Source: Eledone cirrhosa (lineage: Eukaryota). From it: a stretch of 64,000 nucleotides of DNA. Positions 1-15,000 of the stretch are shown one piece after another; position 1 is the stretch's first letter, and each line of letters begins with the position of its first letter. The stretch is taken from contig OZ024740.1 of assembly GCA_964016885.1 (NCBI GenBank), forward strand, positions 22,444,001 to 22,508,000. The letters are read 5' to 3'. Both the position numbers and the translations under genes were made by a program. The notes below the pieces were generated by a model that searched no databases, was not told the DNA's origin, and worked only from the letters and a program-made list of their open reading frames with translations.

Positions 1-3000
1 ACCTCCACTTAATCACTTTTGACTGAACTGTCTTATCGTTATCCCATCCACTTAAACACTTTTGACTCAACTGTCTTATCCTTGTCAACTCCACTTAAAC
101 ACTTTTGACTAAACTGTCTTATCCTTGTCAACTCCAATTAAACACTTTTGACTAAACTGTCTTATCCTTGTCACATCCACTTAAACACTTTTGACTCAAC
201 TGTCTTATCCTTGTCAACTCCGCATAAACACTTTTGACTAAACTCTCTTATCCTTGTCAACTCCACTTAAACACTTTTGACTGAACTGTCTTATCGTTGT
301 CACCTCCACTTAAACACGTTTGACTAAACTTTCCTATCCTTGTCACCTCCACTTAAACACTTTTGACCGAACTGTCTTATCCGTGTCACCTCCACTTAAA
401 CACTTTTGACTAAACTGTCTTATCCTTGTCACCTCCACTTAAACACTTTTGACTAAACTGTCTCATCTTTGTCACCTACACTTAAACACTTTGGACTAAA
501 CTGTCTTATCCTAGTCAACTCCAATTAAACACTTTTGACTGAAATATCTTATCGTTGTAACATCCACTTAAACACTTTTGACTAAACTGTATTATCCTCG
601 TCATTTCCACTTAAACACTTTTGACTGAACTATCTTATCGTTGTCACCTCCACTTAAACACTTTTGACTAAACTGTCTTATCCTTGTCAACTCCAATTAA
701 ACACTTTTGACTAAACTGTCTTATCCTTGTCACCTCCACTTAAACACTTTTGACTAAACTGTCTTATCCTTGTCAACTCCACTTAAACACTTTTGACTAA
801 ACTCTCTTATCCTTGTCAACTCCACTTAAACACTTTTGACTGAACTCTCTTATCGTTGTCACCTCCACTTAAAAAACTTTTGACTGAACTGTCTTATCGT
901 TGTCACCTCCACTTAAACACTTTTGACTAAACTGTCTTATCCTTGTCAACTCCAATTAAACACTTTTGACTAAACTGTCTTATCCTTGTCACCTCCACTT
1001 AAACACTTTTGACTGAACTGTCTTATCGTTGTCACCTCCACTTAAACACTTTTGACTAAACTGTCTTATCCTTGTCAACTCCAATTAAACACTTTTGACT
1101 AAACTGTCTTATCCTTGTCACCTCCACTTAAACACTTTTGACTGAACTGTCTTATCGTTGTCACCTCCACTTAAACACTTTTGACTAAACTCTCTTATCC
1201 TTGTCAACTCCACTTAAACACTTTTGACTGAACTCTCTTATCGTTGTCACCTCCACTTAAAAAACTTTTGACTGAACTGTCTTATCGTTGTCACCTCCAC
1301 TTAAACACTTTTGACTAAACTGTCTTATCCTTGTCACCTCCACTTAATCACTTTTGACTGAACTGTCTTATCCTTGACACCTCCACTTAAACACTTTTTA
1401 CTGAACTGTCTTATCCTTATCACCTACACTTAAACACTGTGGACGAAACTGTCGTATCCTTGTCACGTCCACTTAAACACTTTTGAGTGAACTGTCTTAT
1501 CCTTGTCACGTCCACTTAAACGCTTTTGACTGAAATGTCTTATCGTTGTAACATCCACTTAAACACTTTTGAATAAACTGCCTTATCCTTGTCACCTCCA
1601 CTTAAACACTTCTGTCTGAACTGTCTTATCGTTGTCACCTCCACTTAATCACTTTTGACTGAACTGTCTTATCCTTGACACCTCCACTTAAACACTTTTT
1701 ACTGAACTGTCTTATCCTTGTCACCTACACTTAAACACTTTGGACGAAACTGTCTTATCCTTGTCACGACACTTAAACACTTTTGAGTGAACTGTCTTAT
1801 CCTTGTCACCTCCACTTAAACGCTTTTGACTGAACTGTCTTATCCTTGTCAACTCCATTTAAACACTTTTGACTGAACTGTCTTATCGTTGTCACCTCCA
1901 CTTAAAGACTTTTCACTAAACTGTCTTATCCTTGTCAACTCCACTTAAAAACTTTTGACTGAATTTTCTTATCGTTGTCACTTCCACATAAACACTTTTG
2001 ACTGAACTGTTTTATTCTTGTCACCTCCACTTAAACACTTTTGACTGAATTGTCTTATCGCTGTCCCATCCACTTAAACACTTTTGACTAAACTGGCTTA
2101 TCCTTGTCAACTCCAATTAAACACTTTTGACTGAACTGTCTGATCGTTGTCACCTCCACTTAAACACTTTTGACCGAACTGTCTTATCCGTGTCACCTCC
2201 AATTAAACACATTTGACTGAACTGTCTCATCGTTGCCACCTCCACTTAAACACTTTTGACTAAACTGTCTTATCCTTGTCACCTCCACTTAATCACTTTT
2301 GACTGAACTGTCTTATCGTTATCCCATCCACTTAAACACTTTTGACTAAACTGTCTTATCCTTGTCAACTCCACTTAAACACTTTTGACTAAACTGTCTT
2401 ATCCTTGTCAACTCCAATTAAACACTTTTGACTAAACTGTCTTATCCTTGTCACATCCACTTAAACACTTTTGACTCAACTGTCTTATCCTTGTCAACTC
2501 CGCATAAACACTTTTGACTAAACTCTCTTATCCTTGTCAACTCCACTTAAACACTTTTGACTGAACTGTCTTATCGTTGTCACCTCCACTTAAACACGTT
2601 TGACTAAACTTTCCTATCCTTGTCACCTCCACTTAAACACTTTTGACCGAACTGTCTTATCCGTGTCACCTCCACTTAAACACTTTTGACTAAACTGTCT
2701 TATCCTTGTCACCTCCACTTAAACACTTTTGACTAAACTGTCTTATCGTTGTCACCTCCACTTAAACACTTTTGAATGAACTGTTTTATCCTTGTCACCT
2801 CCACTTAAACACTTTTGACTGAATTGTCTTATCGCTGTCCCATCCACTTAATCACTTTTGACTGAACTGTCTTATCCTTGTCACCTCCACTTAAACACGT
2901 TTGACTAAACTTTCCTATCCTTGTCACCTCCACTTAAACACTTTTGACCGAACTGTCTTATCCGTGTCACCTCCACTTAAACACTTTTGACTAAACTGTC

Positions 3001-6000
3001 TTATCCTTGTCACCTCCACTTAAACACTTTTGACTAAACTGTCTTATCCTTGTCACCTCCACTTAAACACTTTTGACTGAACTGTCTTATCCTTGTCACC
3101 TCTACTTAAACACTTTTGACTAAACTGTCTTAACGTTGTCACCTCCACTTAAACACTTTTGACTAAACTGTCTTATCCTTGTCACCTCCACTTAAACACT
3201 TTTGACTAAACTGTCTTATCCTTGTCACCTCCACTTAAACACTTTTGACTAAACTGTCTTAACGTTGTCACCTCCATTTAAACACTTTTGACTAAACTGT
3301 CTTATCCTTGTCACCTCCACTTAAACACGTTTGACTAAACTTTCCTATCCTTGTCACCTCCACTTAAACACTTTTGACCGAACTGTCTTATCCGTGTCAC
3401 CTCCACTTAAACACTTTTGACTAAACTGTCTTATCCTTGTCACCTCCACTTAAACACTTTTGACTAAACTGTCTTATCCTTGTCACCTCCACTTAAACAC
3501 TTTTGACTGAACTGTCTTATCCTTGTCACCTCCAATTAAACACTTTTGACTAAACTGTCTTAACGTTGTCACCTCCACTTAAACACTTTTGACTAAACTA
3601 TCTTATCCTTGTCACCTCCACTTAAACACGTTTGACTAAACTTTCCTATCCTTGTCACCTCCACTTCAACACTTTTGACTGAAATGTCTTTTCCTTGTCA
3701 CCTCCACTTAAACACGTTTGACTAAACTGTCTTATCCTTGTCACCTCCACTTAATCACTTTTGACTGAACTGCCTTATCCTTGACACCTCCACTTAAACA
3801 CTTTTTACTGAACTGTCTTATCCTTGTCACCTACACTTAAACACTTTGGACGAAACTGTCTTATCCTTGTCACGTCCACTTAAACACTTTTGAGTGAACT
3901 GTCTTATCCTTGTCACCTCCACTTAAACGCTTTTGACTGAAATGTCTTATCGTTGTAACATCCACTTAAACACTTTTGAATAAACTGACTTATCCTTGTC
4001 ACCTCCACTTAAACACTTCTGACTGAACTGTCTTATCGTTGTCACCTCCACTTAATCACTTTTGACTGAACTGTCTTATCCTTGACACCTCCACTTAAAC
4101 ACTTTTTACTGAACTGTCTTATCCTTGTCACCTACACTTAAACACTTTGGACGAAACTGTCTTATCCTTGTCAGGTCCACTTAAACACTTTTGAGTGAAC
4201 TGTCTTATCCTTGTTACCTCCACTTAAACGCTTTTGACTGAACTGTCTTATCCTTGTCAACTCCATTTAAACACTTTTGACTGAACTGTCTTATAGTTGT
4301 CACCTCCACTTAAACACTTTTGACTAAACTGTCTTATCCTTGTCAACTCCACTTAAACGCTTTTGACTGAACTGTCTTATCCTTGTCAACTCCATTTAAA
4401 CACTTTTGACTGAACTGTCTTATCGTTGTCACCTCCACTTAAACACTTTTGACTAAACTGTCTTATCCTTGTCAACTCCACTTAAACACTTTTGACTGAA
4501 TTTTCTTATCGTTGTCACTTCCACTTAAACACTTTTGACTGAACTGTTTTATCCTTGTCACCTCCACTTAAACACTTTTGACTGAATTGTCTTATCGCTG
4601 TCCCATCCACTTAAACACTTTTGACTAAACTGGCTTATCCTTGTCAACTCCAATTAAACACTTTTGACTGAACTGTCTTATCGTTGTCACCTCCACTTAA
4701 ACACTTTTGACTAAACTGTCTTATCCTTATCACCTCCACTTAATCACTTTTGACTGAACTGTCTTATCGTTATCCCATCCACTTAAACACTTTTGACTCA
4801 ACTGTCTTATCCTTGTCAACTCCACTTAAACACTTTTGACTAAACTGTCTTATCCTTGTCAACTCCAATTAAACACTTTTGACTAAACTGTCTTATCCTT
4901 GTCACATCCACTTAAACACTTTTGACTCAACTGTCTTATCCTTGTCAACTCCGCATAAACACTTTTGACTAAACTCTCTTATCCTTGTCAACTCCACTTA
5001 AACACTTTTGACTGAACTGTCTTATCGTTGTCACCTCCACTTAAACACGTTTGACTAAACTTTCCTATCCTTGTCACCTCCACTTAAACACTTTTGACCG
5101 AACTGTCTTATCCGTGTCACCTCCACTTAAACACTTTTGACTAAACTGTCTTATCCTTGTCACCTCCACTTAAACACTTTTGACTAAACTGTCTCATCTT
5201 TGTCACCTACACTTAAACACTTTGGACTAAACTGTCTTATCCTAGTCAACTCCAATTAAACACTTTTGACTGAAATATCTTATCGTTGTAACATCCACTT
5301 AAACACTTTTGACTAAACTGTATTATCCTCGTCATTTCCACTTAAACACTTTTGACTGAACTATCTTATCGTTGTCACCTCCACTTAAACACTTTTGACT
5401 AAACTGTCTTATCCTTGTCAACTCCAATTAAACACTTTTGACTAAACTGTCTTATCCTTGTCACCTCCACTTAAACACTTTTGACTAAACTGTCTTATCC
5501 TTGTCAACTCCACTTAAACACTTTTGACTGAACTGTCTTATCGTTGTCACCTCCACTTAAACACTTTTGACTAAACTCTCTTATCCTTGTCAACTCCACT
5601 TAAACACTTTTGACTGAACTCTCTTATCGTTGTCACCTCCACTTAAAAAACTTTTGACTGAACTGTCTTATCGTTGTCACCTCCACTTAAACACTTTTGA
5701 CTAAACTGTCTTATCCTTGTCACCTCCACTTAATCACTTTTGACTGAACTGTCTTATCCTTGACACCTCCACTTAAACACTTTTTACTGAACTGTCTTAT
5801 CCTTATCACCTACACTTAAACACTGTGGACGAAACTGTCGTATCCTTGTCACGTCCACTTAAACACTTTTGAGTGAACTGTCTTATCCTTGTCACGTCCA
5901 CTTAAACGCTTTTGACTGAAATGTCTTATCGTTGTAACATCCACTTAAACACTTTTGAATAAACTGCCTTATCCTTGTCACCTCCACTTAAACACTTCTG

Positions 6001-9000
6001 TCTGAACTGTCTTATCGTTGTCACCTCCACTTAATCACTTTTGACTGAACTGTCTTATCCTTGACACCTCCACTTAAACACTTTTTACTGAACTGTCTTA
6101 TCCTTGTCACCTACACTTAAACACTTTGGACGAAACTGTCTTATCCTTGTCACGACACTTAAACACTTTTGAGTGAACTGTCTTATCCTTGTCACCTCCA
6201 CTTAAACGCTTTTGACTGAACTGTCTTATCCTTGTCAACTCCATTTAAACACTTTTGACTGAACTGTCTTATCGTTGTCACCTCCACTTAAAGACTTTTC
6301 ACTAAACTGTCTTATCCTTGTCAACTCCACTTAAAAACTTTTGACTGAATTTTCTTATCGTTGTCACTTCCACATAAACACTTTTGACTGAACTGTTTTA
6401 TTCTTGTCACCTCCACTTAAACACTTTTGACTGAATTGTCTTATCGCTGTCCCATCCACTTAAACACTTTTGACTAAACTGGCTTATCCTTGTCAACTCC
6501 AATTAAACACTTTTGACTGAACTGTCTGATCGTTGTCACCTCCACTTAAACACTTTTGACCGAACTGTCTTATCCGTGTCACCTCCAATTAAACACATTT
6601 GACTGAACTGTCTCATCGTTGCCACCTCCACTTAAACACTTTTGACTAAACTGTCTTATCCTTGTCACCTCCACTTAATCACTTTTGACTGAACTGTCTT
6701 ATCGTTATCCCATCCACTTAAACACTTTTGACTAAACTGTCTTATCCTTGTCAACTCCACTTAAACACTTTTGACTAAACTGTCTTATCCTTGTCAACTC
6801 CAATTAAACACTTTTGACTAAACTGTCTTATCCTTGTCACATCCACTTAAACACTTTTGACTCAACTGTCTTATCCTTGTCAACTCCGCATAAACACTTT
6901 TGACTAAACTCTCTTATCCTTGTCAACTCCACTTAAACACTTTTGACTGAACTGTCTTATCGTTGTCACCTCCACTTAAACACGTTTGACTAAACTTTCC
7001 TATCCTTGTCACCTCCACTTAAACACTTTTGACCGAACTGTCTTATCCGTGTCACCTCCACTTAAACACTTTTGACTAAACTGTCTTATCCTTGTCACCT
7101 CCACTTAAACACTTTTGACTAAACTGTCTCATCTTTGTCACCTACACTTAAACACTTTGGACTAAACTGTCTTATCCTAGTCAACTCCAATTAAACACTT
7201 TTGACTGAAATATCTTATCGTTGTAACATCCACTTAAACACTTTTGACTAAACTGTATTATCCTCGTCATTTCCACTTAAACACTTTTGACTGAACTATC
7301 TTATCGTTGTCACCTCCACTTAAACACTTTTGACTAAACTGTCTTATCCTTGTCAACTCCACTTAAACACTTTTGACTGAACTGTCTTATCGTTGTCACC
7401 TCCACTTAAACACTTTTGAATGAACTGTTTTATCCTTGTCACCTCCACTTAAACACTTTTGACTGAATTGTCTTATCGCTGTCCCATCCACTTAATCACT
7501 TTTGACTGAACTGTCTTATCCTTGTCACCTCCACTTAAACACGTTTGACTAAACTTTCCTATCCTTGTCACCTCCACTTAAACACTTTTGACCGAACTGT
7601 CTTATCCGTGTCACCTCCACTTAAACACTTTTGACTAAACTGTCTTATCCTTGTCACCTCCACTTAAACACTTTTGACTAAACTGTCTTATCCTTGTCAC
7701 CTCCACTTAAACACTTTTGACTGAACTGTCTTATCCTTGTCACCTCTACTTAACCACTTTTGACTAAACTGTCTTAACGTTGTCACCTCCACTTAAACAC
7801 TTTTGACTAAACTGTCTTATCCTTGTCACCTCCACTTAAACACTTTTGACTAAACTGTCTTATCCTTGTCACCTCCACTTAAACACTTTTGACTAAACTG
7901 TCTTAACGTTGTCACCTCCATTTAAACACTTTTGACTAAACTGTCTTATCCTTGTCACCTCCACTTAAACACGTTTGACTAAACTTTCCTATCCTTGTCA
8001 CCTCCACTTAAACACTTTTGACCGAACTGTCTTATCCGTGTCACCTCCACTTAAACACTTTTGACTAAACTGTCTTATCCTTGTCACCTCCACTTAAACA
8101 CTTTTGACTAAACTGTCTTATCCTTGTCACCTCCACTTAAACACTTTTGACTGAACTGTCTTATCCTTGTCACCTCCAATTAAACACTTTTGACTAAACT
8201 GTCTTAACGTTGTCACCTCCACTTAAACACTTTTGACTAAACTATCTTATCCTTGTCACCTCCACTTAAACACGTTTGACTAAACTTTCCTATCCTTGTC
8301 ACCTCCACTTCAACACTTTTGACTGAAATGTCTTTTCCTTGTCACCTCCACTTAAACACGTTTGACTAAACTGTCTTATCCTTGTCACCTCCACTTAATC
8401 ACTTTTGACTGAACTGCCTTATCCTTGACACCTCCACTTAAACACTTTTTACTGAACTGTCTTATCCTTGTCACCTACACTTAAACACTTTGGACGAAAC
8501 TGTCTTATCCTTGTCACGTCCACTTAAACACTTTTGAGTGAACTGTCTTATCCTTGTCACCTCCACTTAAACGCTTTTGACTGAAATGTCTTATCGTTGT
8601 AACATCCACTTAAACACTTTTGAATAAACTGACTTATCCTTGTCACCTCCACTTAAACACTTCTGACTGAACTGTCTTATCGTTGTCACCTCCACTTAAT
8701 CACTTTTGACTGAACTGTCTTATCCTTGACACCTCCACTTAAACACTTTTTACTGAACTGTCTTATCCTTGTCACCTACACTTAAACACTTTGGACGAAA
8801 CTGTCTTATCCTTGTCAGGTCCACTTAAACACTTTTGAGTGAACTGTCTTATCCTTGTTACCTCCACTTAAACGCTTTTGACTGAACTGTCTTATCCTTG
8901 TCAACTCCATTTAAACACTTTTGACTGAACTGTCTTATAGTTGTCACCTCCACTTAAACACTTTTGACTAAACTGTCTTATCCTTGTCAACTCCACTTAA

Positions 9001-12000
9001 ACGCTTTTGACTGAACTGTCTTATCCTTGTCAACTCCATTTAAACACTTTTGACTGAACTGTCTTATCGTTGTCACCTCCACTTAAACACTTTTGACTAA
9101 ACTGTCTTATCCTTGTCAACTCCACTTAAACACTTTTGACTGAATTTTCTTATCGTTGTCACTTCCACTTAAACACTTTTGACTGAACTGTTTTATCCTT
9201 GTCACCTCCACTTAAACACTTTTGACTGAATTGTCTTATCGCTGTCCCATCCACTTAAACACTTTTGACTAAACTGGCTTATCCTTGTCAACTCCAATTA
9301 AACACTTTTGACTGAACTGTCTTATCGTTGTCACCTCCACTTAAACACTTTTGACTAAACTGTCTTATCCTTATCACCTCCACTTAAACACTTTTGACCG
9401 AACTGTCTTATCCATGTCACCTCCACTTAAACACATTTGACTGAACTGTCTCATCGTTGCCACCTCCACCATAAACACTTTTGACTAAACTGTCTTATCC
9501 TTGTCACCTCCACTTAATCACTTTTGACTGAACTGTCTTATCGTTGTCCCATCCACTTAAACACTTTTGACTAAACTGTCTTATCCTTGTCAACTCCACT
9601 TAAACACTTTTGACTAAACTGTCTTATCCTTGTCAACTCCAATTAAACACTTTTGACTAAACTGTCTTATCCTTGTCACCTCCACTTAAACACTTTTGAC
9701 TAAACTGTCTTATCCTTGTCAACTCCACTTAAACACTTTTGACTGAACTGTCTTATCGTTGTCACCTCCACTTAAACACTTTTGACTAAACTCTCTTATC
9801 CTTGTCAACTCCACTTAAACACTTTTGACTGAACTCTCTTATCGTTGTCACCTCCACTTAAAAAACTTTTGACTGAACTGTCTTATCGTTGTCACCTCCA
9901 CTTAAACACTTTTGACTAAACTGTCTTATCCTTGTCACCTCCACTTAATCACTTTTGACTGAACTGTCTTATCCTTGACACCTCCACTTAAACACTTTTT
10001 ACTGAACTGTCTTATCCTTATCACCTACACTTAAACACTGTGGACGAAACTGTCGTATCCTTGTCACGTCCACTTAAACACTTTTGAGTGAACTGTCTTA
10101 TCCTTGTCACGTCCACTTAAACGCTTTTGACTGAAATGTCTTATCGTTGTAACATCCACTTAAACACTTTTGAATAAACTGCCTTATCCTTGTCACCTCC
10201 ACTTAAACACTTCTGTCTGAACTGTCTTATCGTTGTCACCTCCACTTAATCACTTTTGACTGAACTGTCTTATCCTTGACACCTCCACTTAAACACTTTT
10301 TACTGAACTGTCTTATCCTTGTCACCTACACTTAAACACTTTGGACGAAACTGTCTTATCCTTGTCACGACACTTAAACACTTTTGAGTGAACTGTCTTA
10401 TCCTTGTCACCTCCACTTAAACGCTTTTGACTGAACTGTCTTATCCTTGTCAACTCCATTTAAACACTTTTGACTGAACTGTCTTATCGTTGTCACCTCC
10501 ACTTAAAGACTTTTCACTAAACTGTCTTATCCTTGTCAACTCCACTTAAAAACTTTTGACTGAATTTTCTTATCGTTGTCACTTCCACATAAACACTTTT
10601 GACTGAACTGTTTTATTCTTGTCACCTCCACTTAAACACTTTTGACTGAATTGTCTTATCGCTGTCCCATCCACTTAAACACTTTTGACTAAACTGGCTT
10701 ATCCTTGTCAACTCCAATTAAACACTTTTGACTGAACTGTCTGATCGTTGTCACCTCCACTTAAACACTTTTGACCGAACTGTCTTATCCGTGTCACCTC
10801 CAATTAAACACATTTGACTGAACTGTCTCATCGTTGCCACCTCCACTTAAACACTTTTGACTAAACTGTCTTATCCTTGTCACCTCCACTTAATCACTTT
10901 TGACTGAACTGTCTTATCGTTATCCCATCCACTTAAACACTTTTGACTAAACTGTCTTATCCTTGTCAACTCCACTTAAACACTTTTGACTAAACTGTCT
11001 TATCCTTGTCAACTCCAATTAAACACTTTTGACTAAACTGTCTTATCCTTGTCACATCCACTTAAACACTTTTGACTCAACTGTCTTATCCTTGTCAACT
11101 CCGCATAAACACTTTTGACTAAACTCTCTTATCCTTGTCAACTCCACTTAAACACTTTTGACTGAACTGTCTTATCGTTGTCACCTCCACTTAAACACTT
11201 TTGACTAAACTCTCTTATCCTTGTCAACTCCACTTAAACACTTTTGACTGAACTCTCTTATCGTTGTCACCTCCACTTAAAAAACTTTTGACTGAACTGT
11301 CTTATCGTTGTCACCTCCACTTAAACACTTTTGACTAAACTGTCTTATCCTTGTCACCTCCACTTAATCACTTTTGACTGAACTGTCTTATCCTTGACAC
11401 CTCCACTTAAACACTTTTTACTGAACTGTCTTATCCTTATCACCTACACTTAAACACTGTGGACGAAACTGTCGTATCCTTGTCACGTCCACTTAAACAC
11501 TTTTGAGTGAACTGTCTTATCCTTGTCACGTCCACTTAAACGCTTTTGACTGAAATGTCTTATCGTTGTAACATCCACTTAAACACTTTTGAATAAACTG
11601 CCTTATCCTTGTCACCTCCACTTAAACACTTCTGTCTGAACTGTCTTATCGTTGTCACCTCCACTTAATCACTTTTGACTGAACTGTCTTATCCTTGACA
11701 CCTCCACTTAAACACTTTTTACTGAACTGTCTTATCCTTGTCACCTACACTTAAACACTTTGGACGAAACTGTCTTATCCTTGTCACGACACTTAAACAC
11801 TTTTGAGTGAACTGTCTTATCCTTGTCACCTCCACTTAAACGCTTTTGACTGAACTGTCTTATCCTTGTCAACTCCATTTAAACACTTTTGACTGAACTG
11901 TCTTATCGTTGTCACCTCCACTTAAATACTTTTCACTAAACTGTCTTATCCTTGTCAACTCCACTTAAAAACTTTTGACTGAATTTTCTTATCGTTGTCA

Positions 12001-15000
12001 CTTCCACATAAACACTTTTGACTGAACTGTTTTATTCTTGTCACCTCCACTTAAACACTTTTGACTGAATTGTCTTATCGCTGTCCCATCCACTTAAACA
12101 CTTTTGACTAAACTGTCTTATCCTTGTCACATCCACTTAAACACTTTTGACTCAACTGTCTTATCCTTGTCAACTCCGCATAAACACTTTTGACTAAACT
12201 CTCTTATCCTTGTCAACTCCACTTAAACACTTTTGACTGAACTGTCTTATCGTTGTCACCTCCACTTAAACACGTTTGACTAAACTTTCCTATCCTTGTC
12301 ACCTCCACTTAAACACTTTTGACCGAACTGTTTTATCCGTGTCACCTCCACTTAAACACTTTTGACTAAACTGTCTTATCCTTGTCACCTCCACTTAAAC
12401 ACTTTTGACTAAACTGTCTCATCTTTGTCACCTACACTTAAACACTTTGGACTAAACTGTCTTATCCTAGTCAACTCCAATTAAACACTTTTGACTGAAA
12501 TATCTTATCGTTGTAACATCCACTTAAACACTTTTGACTAAACTGTATTATCCTCGTCATTTCCACTTAAACACTTTTGACTGAACTATCTTATCGTTGT
12601 CACCTCCACTTAAACACTTTTGACTAAACTGTCTTATCCTTGTCAACTCCACTTAAACACTTTTGACTGAACTGTCTTATCGTTGTCACCTCCACTTAAA
12701 CACTTTTGAATGAACTGTTTTATCCTTGTCACCTCCACTTAAACACTTTTGACTGAATTGTCTTATCGCTGTCCCATCCACTTAATCACTTTTGACTGAA
12801 CTGTCTTATCCTTGTCACCTCCACTTAAACACGTTTGACTAAACTTTCCTATCCTTGTCACCTCCACTTAAACACTTTTGACCGAACTGTCTTATCCGTG
12901 TCACCTCCACTTAAACACTTTTGACTAAACTGTCTTATCCTTGTCACCTCCACTTAAACACTTTTGACTAAACTGTCTTATCCTTGTCACCTCCACTTAA
13001 ACACTTTTGACTGAACTGTCTTATCCTTGTCACCTCTACTTAAACACTTTTGACTAAACTGTCTTAACGTTGTCACCTCCACTTAAACACTTTTGACTAA
13101 ACTGTCTTATCCTTGTCACCTCCACTTAAACACTTTTGACTAAACTGTCTTATCCTTGTCACCTCCACTTAAACACTTTTGAGTGAACTGTCTTATCCTT
13201 GTCACGTCCACTTAAACGCTTTTGACTGAAATGTCTTATCTTTGTAACATCCACTTAAACACTTTTGAATAAACTGCCTTATCCTTGTCACCTCCACTTA
13301 AACACTTCTGTCTGAACTGTCTTATCGTTGTCACCTCCACTTAATCACTTTTGACTGAACTGTCTTATCCTTGACACCTCCACTTAAACACTTTTTACTG
13401 AACTGTCTTATCCTTGTCACCTACACTTAAACACTTTGGACGAAACTGTCTTATCCTTGTCACGACACTTAAACACTTTTGAGTGAACTGTCTTATCCTT
13501 GTCACCTCCACTTAAACGCTTTTGACTGAACTGTCTTATCCTTGTCAACTCCATTTAAACACTTTTGACTGAACTGTCTTATCGTTGTCACCTCCACTTA
13601 AAGACTTTTCACTAAACTGTCTTATCCTTGTCAACTCCACTTAAAAACTTTTGACTGAATTTTCTTATCGTTGTCACTTCCACATAAACACTTTTGACTG
13701 AACTGTTTTATTCTTGTCACCTCCACTTAAACACTTTTGACTGAATTGTCTTATCGCTGTCCCATCCACTTAAACACTTTTGACTAAACTGGCTTATCCT
13801 TGTCAACTCCAATTAAACACTTTTGACTGAACTGTCTGATCGTTGTCACCTCCACTTAAACACTTTTGACCGAACTGTCTTATCCGTGTCACCTCCAATT
13901 AAACACATTTGACTGAACTGTCTCATCGTTGCCACCTCCACTTAAACACTTTTGACTAAACTGTCTTATCCTTGTCACCTCCACTTAATCACTTTTGACT
14001 GAACTGTCTTATCGTTATCCCATCCACTTAAACACTTTTGACTAAACTGTCTTATCCTTGTCAACTCCACTTAAACACTTTTGACTAAACTGTCTTATCC
14101 TTGTCAACTCCAATTAAACACTTTTGACTAAACTGTCTTATCCTTGTCACATCCACTTAAACACTTTTGACTCAACTGTCTTATCCTTGTCAACTCCGCA
14201 TAAACACTTTTGACTAAACTCTCTTATCCTTGTCAACTCCACTTAAACACTTTTGACTGAACTGTCTTATCGTTGTCACCTCCACTTAAACACGTTTGAC
14301 TAAACTTTCCTATCCTTGTCACCTCCACTTAAACACTTTTGACCGAACTGTCTTATCCGTGTCACCTCCACTTAAACACTTTTGACTAAACTGTCTTATC
14401 CTTGTCACCTCCACTTAAACACTTTTGACTAAACTGTCTCATCTTTGTCACCTACACTTAAACACTTTGGACTAAACTGTCTTATCCTAGTCAACTCCAA
14501 TTAAACACTTTTGACTGAAATATCTTATCGTTGTAACATCCACTTAAACACTTTTGACTAAACTGTATTATCCTCGTCATTTCCACTTAAACACTTTTGA
14601 CTGAACTATCTTATCGTTGTCACCTCCACTTAAACACTTTTGACTAAACTGTCTTATCCTTGTCAACTCCACTTAAACACTTTTGACTGAACTGTCTTAT
14701 CGTTGTCACCTCCACTTAAACACTTTTGAATGAACTGTTTTATCCTTGTCACCTCCACTTAAACACTTTTGACTGAATTGTCTTATCGCTGTCCCATCCA
14801 CTTAATCACTTTTGACTGAACTGTCTTATCCTTGTCACCTCCACTTAAACACGTTTGACTAAACTTTCCTATCCTTGTCACCTCCACTTAAACACTTTTG
14901 ACCGAACTGTCTTATCCGTGTCACCTCCACTTAAACACTTTTGACTAAACTGTCTTATCCTTGTCACCTCCACTTAAACACTTTTGACTAAACTGTCTTA